Source: Candidatus Obscuribacterales bacterium
Lineage (GTDB): Bacteria; Cyanobacteriota; Vampirovibrionia; Obscuribacterales; Obscuribacteraceae
Length of the DNA stretch: 64,000 bases
Assembly (NCBI GenBank): GCA_965228855.1
Contig: CBDDIJ010000002.1
Coordinates: 2,240,001-2,304,000 of the forward strand
Reading direction: 5' to 3'
The notes under the pieces are model-generated. The model searched no databases and was not told the origin of the DNA. It saw only the letters and a list, made by a program, of their open reading frames with translations. A program made the position numbers and the translations under genes. Positions 59,637 through 64,000 of this stretch are shown piece after piece. Numbering within the stretch: position 1 is the first letter of the stretch; every line of letters begins with the position of its first letter.

Positions 59637-60935
59637 ATGAAACGCTTTAGTTTCGGACCGGCGCAGCTTACCAGCCCTGGAACATCGAGAATGGCAACGC
59701 GACTCATTAAAACATCTCTGTCTCATCGCGGCTATTCACTCGTGAAAATGTCTTATCCGCTGTTCGGGTTGGTTTTTATCGACATGTTCAGTACGTCGAC
59801 CTGGTTCGAGTCAGATATTCAGTGGCTGGGGATCCCGACGATCGTAGCGATTTTGGTCTCCGCTCATGTTTTTTTGTTATTTTTGCAAACCGACCGCGCT
59901 GCCCGTCTCTATTACCTGATCCATCGTGGAAAACCGCCGGCTGTTTACTTGAATTGGCTGGAAATTTCCGACGATGAGTCGCCCACCATCAAATTTGGTC
60001 TAAAGGGATTAAACCTTTCATGCGTAGATGAACTTCACCTGACGTTGTGGGGAAATCTGATTTTTAAATCGCGCTCCGTGTGCGGCTCTTTGATGAAAAA
60101 CGGAGTCGAGGAGATTGAAGCTGACGATGTATTCAAGGTACCGTTCGGAGTCGTATCGTCTAAAGAGCAAAAGGAATTTATTGAACTTGTGCAGAGGGTT
60201 CGACCGGACGTGGTGCTTGGAAAACGGCTTCAAAAGCGGATGATCGCCAAGCACGTTAAAGGAGAAGACTACATTCAGTCACTCGGCGCGGTTTTCCTAC
60301 TGTTCGTTTTATTTGATCTGAGCTTTTCGCTCTTTGGCTATCTGGAGATGTTGAAACAGTACCATCTGGCTCAGGTAGTCGCTCGCGGCTCGTTCTCATC
60401 CACCACCGGGGCGAAAACGAGCGCAGCCGATCACTTCAAAAAAGCAGAGACGATGTTGGAAAGTCCGCCCGGTATCTCACTAGTGAAGCGAACCGTGTTG
60501 CACAAAGGCTATTCCACCGGCGCGGTGTACCAATCACGAGCCGAAGCTCTATGGTACATGGGGCGCCGGGATGAGGCGATCAAGTCGCTGCAAACTGCGC
60601 TTGAATATTATCCCAAAAGCTTACGCATGCACCTTGAACTTGCACGATGGCTCGCGATTGAGGGGCGTTTGCGAGAGGCGCGAAAGGTTTTATTCGATTT
60701 GGCCGATGAGCATGAGGATTCTCTTCTGCCGCGCCTTTACACAATAGTCCTCTTTAGTAGAGGTGACGACGAAAAGAAAGCGAAGCGCTACTACGATATT
60801 TATGCTGACAAATTAGACCTTGAAGTCTTTGGTGAGGAGCCGTGGTGGCCGCCGGGCGGCAATCGATATTTGAACGACTCGTGGTCGCGCGACGACGTTC
60901 ACTTCTTGCTTGATGAGTTGCTGAAAAGTAAGTGA
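59637..60935 (+). CDS. Membrane protein with C-terminal TPR repeats
   Basis: About three hydrophobic helices followed by TPR-like repeats. Start uncertain (59637 or 59691). Confidence 0.7.
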   Translation: MKRFSFGPAQLTSPGTSRMATRLIKTSLSHRGYSLVKMSYPLFGLVFIDMFSTSTWFESDIQWLGIPTIVAILVSAHVFLLFLQTDRAARLYYLIHRGKPPAVYLNWLEISDDESPTIKFGLKGLNLSCVDELHLTLWGNLIFKSRSVCGSLMKNGVEEIEADDVFKVPFGVVSSKEQKEFIELVQRVRPDVVLGKRLQKRMIAKHVKGEDYIQSLGAVFLLFVLFDLSFSLFGYLEMLKQYHLAQVVARGSFSSTTGAKTSAADHFKKAETMLESPPGISLVKRTVLHKGYSTGAVYQSRAEALWYMGRRDEAIKSLQTALEYYPKSLRMHLELARWLAIEGRLREARKVLFDLADEHEDSLLPRLYTIVLFSRGDDEKKAKRYYDIYADKLDLEVFGEEPWWPPGGNRYLNDSWSRDDVHFLLDELLKSK

Positions 60936-61048
60936 CGGATAAATCGTTGAATTAAGACTGCTTATGTTGTGGCATAGATGATGGAAGTGCTTAACTTTGG
61001 GCATAGAAAAGGAAGTTTATAAGGAGAGGGGGCTCCTGTAAGCACAGT

Positions 61049-62278
61049 ATGGAATCGGAAACACAGAATCTCGGCACAGACACAACGTCTTCAGATAACA
61101 TTGCGGCCACGTCCTCTTCGGATGGTGTGGCTGCGACTGGTGGCGCTAAGAAAAAGGCGAAGAAGAAAGATTCGGGCTCCGACCTGGCATTTTTCGCCAG
61201 TTTCCCATGTATCGTGATTGCTATTGCGGCTGTTGCGGTGACAGTTGTCGGTTTTGTTCCGATGGGCTTCATCGGTTATATGTGTGCGAGTGTTCGTGCT
61301 CAGCTGATCATCGTACTGCTCATCTGCGCGGTGCCCCCGTTGTTTTCACCGCCGTTGCGTCTTCCCATGTTGATTACGTGCGTGGTATTCGCTGCCGTAA
61401 ATGCTGCTTTCGTTGTACCTTGCATGATACCTAAACCGGAACCGACCGGTGATGTGAAATCTCTACAAGTGCTGTCGACACGTGTGATGCAGCTCAGCAT
61501 CGATGATGAGGCTACTCCGATCGAGCCGATTGTCGAGCAAATTACGGCGCTGCACCCTGAGATCGTCTGCCTGACCGGCTCACCGATGCAGCCTCTGCTC
61601 AAATTGAGCGAACAGATGCCGCCGAATTACATGCATAGAGAAACTTTCCCCCGAGATGACGGCTATGCAATGGTTATTTATAGTCAGGTTCCGCTGAAGG
61701 GAACCAGGCTTAAAAAGGTCGGTCCAGCGAAACTACCTTTAGTGTCAACTACGATTCACTTCGATTACGGGTGGAACCGTTTGATCATGTTGAAGATGCC
61801 AGACCCGACGGACGATAAGAGCCTCGAAAAACGCAACGAACAGCTCGCTGCCTGTGCTAAGGCGATTAAAGAAATGAGCGGGCGAAAGATAGTCGTTGGA
61901 AATTTTAATACGACACCATATGCGGTGGCATTTGGATCCTTTCTCAAAGATGCCAATCTCGAGGATACACGTATAGGCGTTCAACCTAATTGGAATCTAG
62001 GTCCTATCGACCTTTTCGTGACTCACGTGCCGGCAGACCATATTCTGGCGACCAGCAATGTGTCTTTCAAGAGTCGGTACGTATGTGCTCCTATGGGTTT
62101 GAAACACCGACCGCTGCTTGGCGACTTCTATCCGAATACGAAGGAGAATGAGCCGTATACCGAAGAACCGGCAGAGCCCGCGGCAGAGACTGCAGTGCCA
62201 GCTACGGAGCCTGCTGCTGAATCAAAACCTCAAGCGGCTGATGAGAAGCCGAAGAAAAGACGCCGACGTGCCAAGTAG
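61049..62278 (+). CDS. Membrane-anchored endonuclease/exonuclease/phosphatase (EEP)-fold protein, probably degenerate
   Basis: Three N-terminal TMs; IVVGNFN, PADHIL and KHRPL align with the EEP motifs GDFN, IDH and SDH. Confidence 0.72.
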   Translation: MESETQNLGTDTTSSDNIAATSSSDGVAATGGAKKKAKKKDSGSDLAFFASFPCIVIAIAAVAVTVVGFVPMGFIGYMCASVRAQLIIVLLICAVPPLFSPPLRLPMLITCVVFAAVNAAFVVPCMIPKPEPTGDVKSLQVLSTRVMQLSIDDEATPIEPIVEQITALHPEIVCLTGSPMQPLLKLSEQMPPNYMHRETFPRDDGYAMVIYSQVPLKGTRLKKVGPAKLPLVSTTIHFDYGWNRLIMLKMPDPTDDKSLEKRNEQLAACAKAIKEMSGRKIVVGNFNTTPYAVAFGSFLKDANLEDTRIGVQPNWNLGPIDLFVTHVPADHILATSNVSFKSRYVCAPMGLKHRPLLGDFYPNTKENEPYTEEPAEPAAETAVPATEPAAESKPQAADEKPKKRRRRAK

Positions 62279-62351
62279 CAGTGCGCACAGAGATATTGTT
62301 GTTTGAATAGAACGTCCTGTAATCCTGGCGGCGCTTCAAGATTTCAATGGT

Positions 62352-63704
62352 TTATTGCCACTTGTTCTGATCTGTTTTCGCGATTGAACTTTGCGAAACT
62401 GCAGCTGCTAGTTTCTTATCTTCGCTGATAGCGTCCGTAATCAGGTTAACTAAACGATGACCGCCACTGGAGTTTAAATGCACAGTGTCCAGGTAATCCT
62501 TGCTGTCGAACCGTTCGTCAGCGGTAAGGTCTACGAATTTTGCACCATATTCGGTGGTGGTGCTGGACAGATAGTTGCGGAAATCCCCCCAGAATTTATC
62601 CGGAAGAAGTGCTCGGTTTGGCCACAAGCTTGGCATGCCGACCACAAGGACTTTGATATCCTGGTTTTTCAGATACGCCAGATATTCTTCGAAGAACTTC
62701 TTTTGACCGTTGAAAATTTGCGGATTCGAGTTCTTGTAGCGGGCTCTATATTCTTCCGTGTTATCTTTGAAAGCTCCCCACGAGCAGGCGACGACTCGCC
62801 ATTCACCAGGTTTTACGACGCCTTGATTCCCATAAATTGCCTTCAGTGCGTCGGTGTTTCCATCTGCCGAGGCTACCTCGCCAGCTGGTGACTTCGCCTC
62901 TGTGTCACCGGATTTGGTGTCAATAAATTTTGCATCGCCTGTCTGTGTCTTTCCATTGGCGATCGGTCCAATCGTCGTGACGGTGCCGTCTTCGGAAACG
63001 ACATCATTCGCGTTTGGTAGAAGTTTTTTGCTCGACTCGGGAAGCAGGGATGCGATCTTCTCGCCTATCAATTTCGTTGGAAGAGTTTCGTTTATTTTCC
63101 AGTCCATGAATGCAAATAGATCAGGAAATGCGGAGCCGCCCAATTTGTCTAGCTCTACGTAAGGGCTGAGGTAGCGAAACGCGTCGGTGGCACTTGCTGA
63201 CGGCATAGTGTTGTCGATGAAATCTCGCGGATTTACTCCGAGGACAACCAGTTTCGGTTTATGCTCCGAATTGAACAACGACTTCGCCATCATATACTGG
63301 TCGCTGCACATGGCGCCGCCCATGGACAGGTTGAACGTAGTCGGTTTGTGTCCTACTTTCTCACTGATTAAGGATGATGCGAGATCTGATTTTCGATGGG
63401 TGCATGTGTCGATAGCCTCGTTTAAAAACGCAGCTTCGCTTGCGTAAAGAGCTGAACCCATCTGGCTGCTTCCCATGAACACTACATCCGCATCGGTGCC
63501 GTCCATGATGTAGTTGCGCGTGATCCACCAGATCCAATTACCTTCCTGACGCTGTTCATTTGCTGATGTTTTGACAACGTCTGCGGTAAATTTGTTTTCC
63601 GTCTTGGGCAGGTATCCGGAAAGCGCGGCATTCAGACCGACGAACGCTAGCAGCGCAACTATCGTGCGACTGTTTATCAATTTGCGTTGTGTGTTTTCTG
63701 CCAT
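62352..63704 (-). CDS. SGNH-like (DUF1574/DltD-like) membrane-anchored protein
   Basis: N-terminal TM, VVFMGSS, FNLSMGG and DTVHLN (DxxH). Confidence 0.75.
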   Translation of the reverse strand: MAENTQRKLINSRTIVALLAFVGLNAALSGYLPKTENKFTADVVKTSANEQRQEGNWIWWITRNYIMDGTDADVVFMGSSQMGSALYASEAAFLNEAIDTCTHRKSDLASSLISEKVGHKPTTFNLSMGGAMCSDQYMMAKSLFNSEHKPKLVVLGVNPRDFIDNTMPSASATDAFRYLSPYVELDKLGGSAFPDLFAFMDWKINETLPTKLIGEKIASLLPESSKKLLPNANDVVSEDGTVTTIGPIANGKTQTGDAKFIDTKSGDTEAKSPAGEVASADGNTDALKAIYGNQGVVKPGEWRVVACSWGAFKDNTEEYRARYKNSNPQIFNGQKKFFEEYLAYLKNQDIKVLVVGMPSLWPNRALLPDKFWGDFRNYLSSTTTEYGAKFVDLTADERFDSKDYLDTVHLNSSGGHRLVNLITDAISEDKKLAAAVSQSSIAKTDQNKWQ

Positions 63705-64000
63705 TTAGAGAGGAATATCCGTTTTGAATTCGTGGGGCGTAGCTTGTTTGGCAAGAGCTTTGCGGCGCTCCATATGATTGCCGGAGGCTTCCAATGCAAG
63801 CGTCGTGCTGAAGGTTCCGCTCATGATGTTTACGAGCTGGTGGAGGAATTTGTTGCCGCCGAATGCGTTCAAATGCACACCATCGTGATAATCGTTTTGC
63901 GTGTACAAGGCGAAATCGTTCAAATCGAACGCTGGAACTTTGTGCTCGACAGCCATTGTGCGAAGCGCATTGACATATCCCATGTATCGATAGGAACCGA
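63705..64000 (-). CDS. C-terminal part of a second SGNH-like (DUF1574-like) protein; starts outside the window
   Basis: FDLN...YHDGVHLNAFGG; stop codon abuts the downstream ATG. Confidence 0.7.
   Translation of the reverse strand, partial: GSYRYMGYVNALRTMAVEHKVPAFDLNDFALYTQNDYHDGVHLNAFGGNKFLHQLVNIMSGTFSTTLALEASGNHMERRKALAKQATPHEFKTDIPL

Noticed and set aside
1..64000. CRISPR arrays, IS elements, prophage or defence systems
   Set aside because: No repeat-spacer pattern, transposase, integrase, phage structural or defence-type proteins recognised.

Overview
A gene-dense, mostly housekeeping chromosomal window (about 50 CDS, one tRNA). I found no CRISPR array, integrase, transposase or prophage. 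Gene content suggests a non-photosynthetic relative of cyanobacteria (Vampirovibrionia/'Melainabacteria', possibly Obscuribacterales); this is inference from a cyanobacterial-type SigF, a PilB with a C-terminal Cys ribbon, a GMPP-PMM fusion and a DUF4388-GGDEF protein. Core genes: polA, purA, holB, dnaJ/cbpA-like, rpmG-trnW-secE-nusG-rplK-rplA, oppABC, gpsA, a leucine/HMG-CoA catabolic module and mobA. The most interesting part is a ~15 kb type IVa pilus locus (44.2-59.5 kb). It has Myxococcus-like gene order (pilB-pilT-pilC ... ABC pilH/pilI-pilD-pilMN-pilO-pilP), but a SigF-type sigma factor sits where pilS/pilR/pilA/pilG would be. It also has a PilM-PilN fusion, a PilB with three tandem zinc ribbons and a degenerate MshEN motif, and a trailing PATAN(DUF4388)-degenerate GGDEF protein that could be a c-di-GMP receptor. 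Other observations: a recurring GGGCATA/GGGAAW motif upstream of genes (candidate SigF promoters), two apparent pseudo-enzymes (PafA-like and EEP-like), a secreted TPR + PPEP-1/anthrax-LF-like zinc protease, a SecE with a long Pro/Ala/Thr tail, and structured leaders upstream of purA and rpmG. All family calls come from motif recognition by eye, not database searches.
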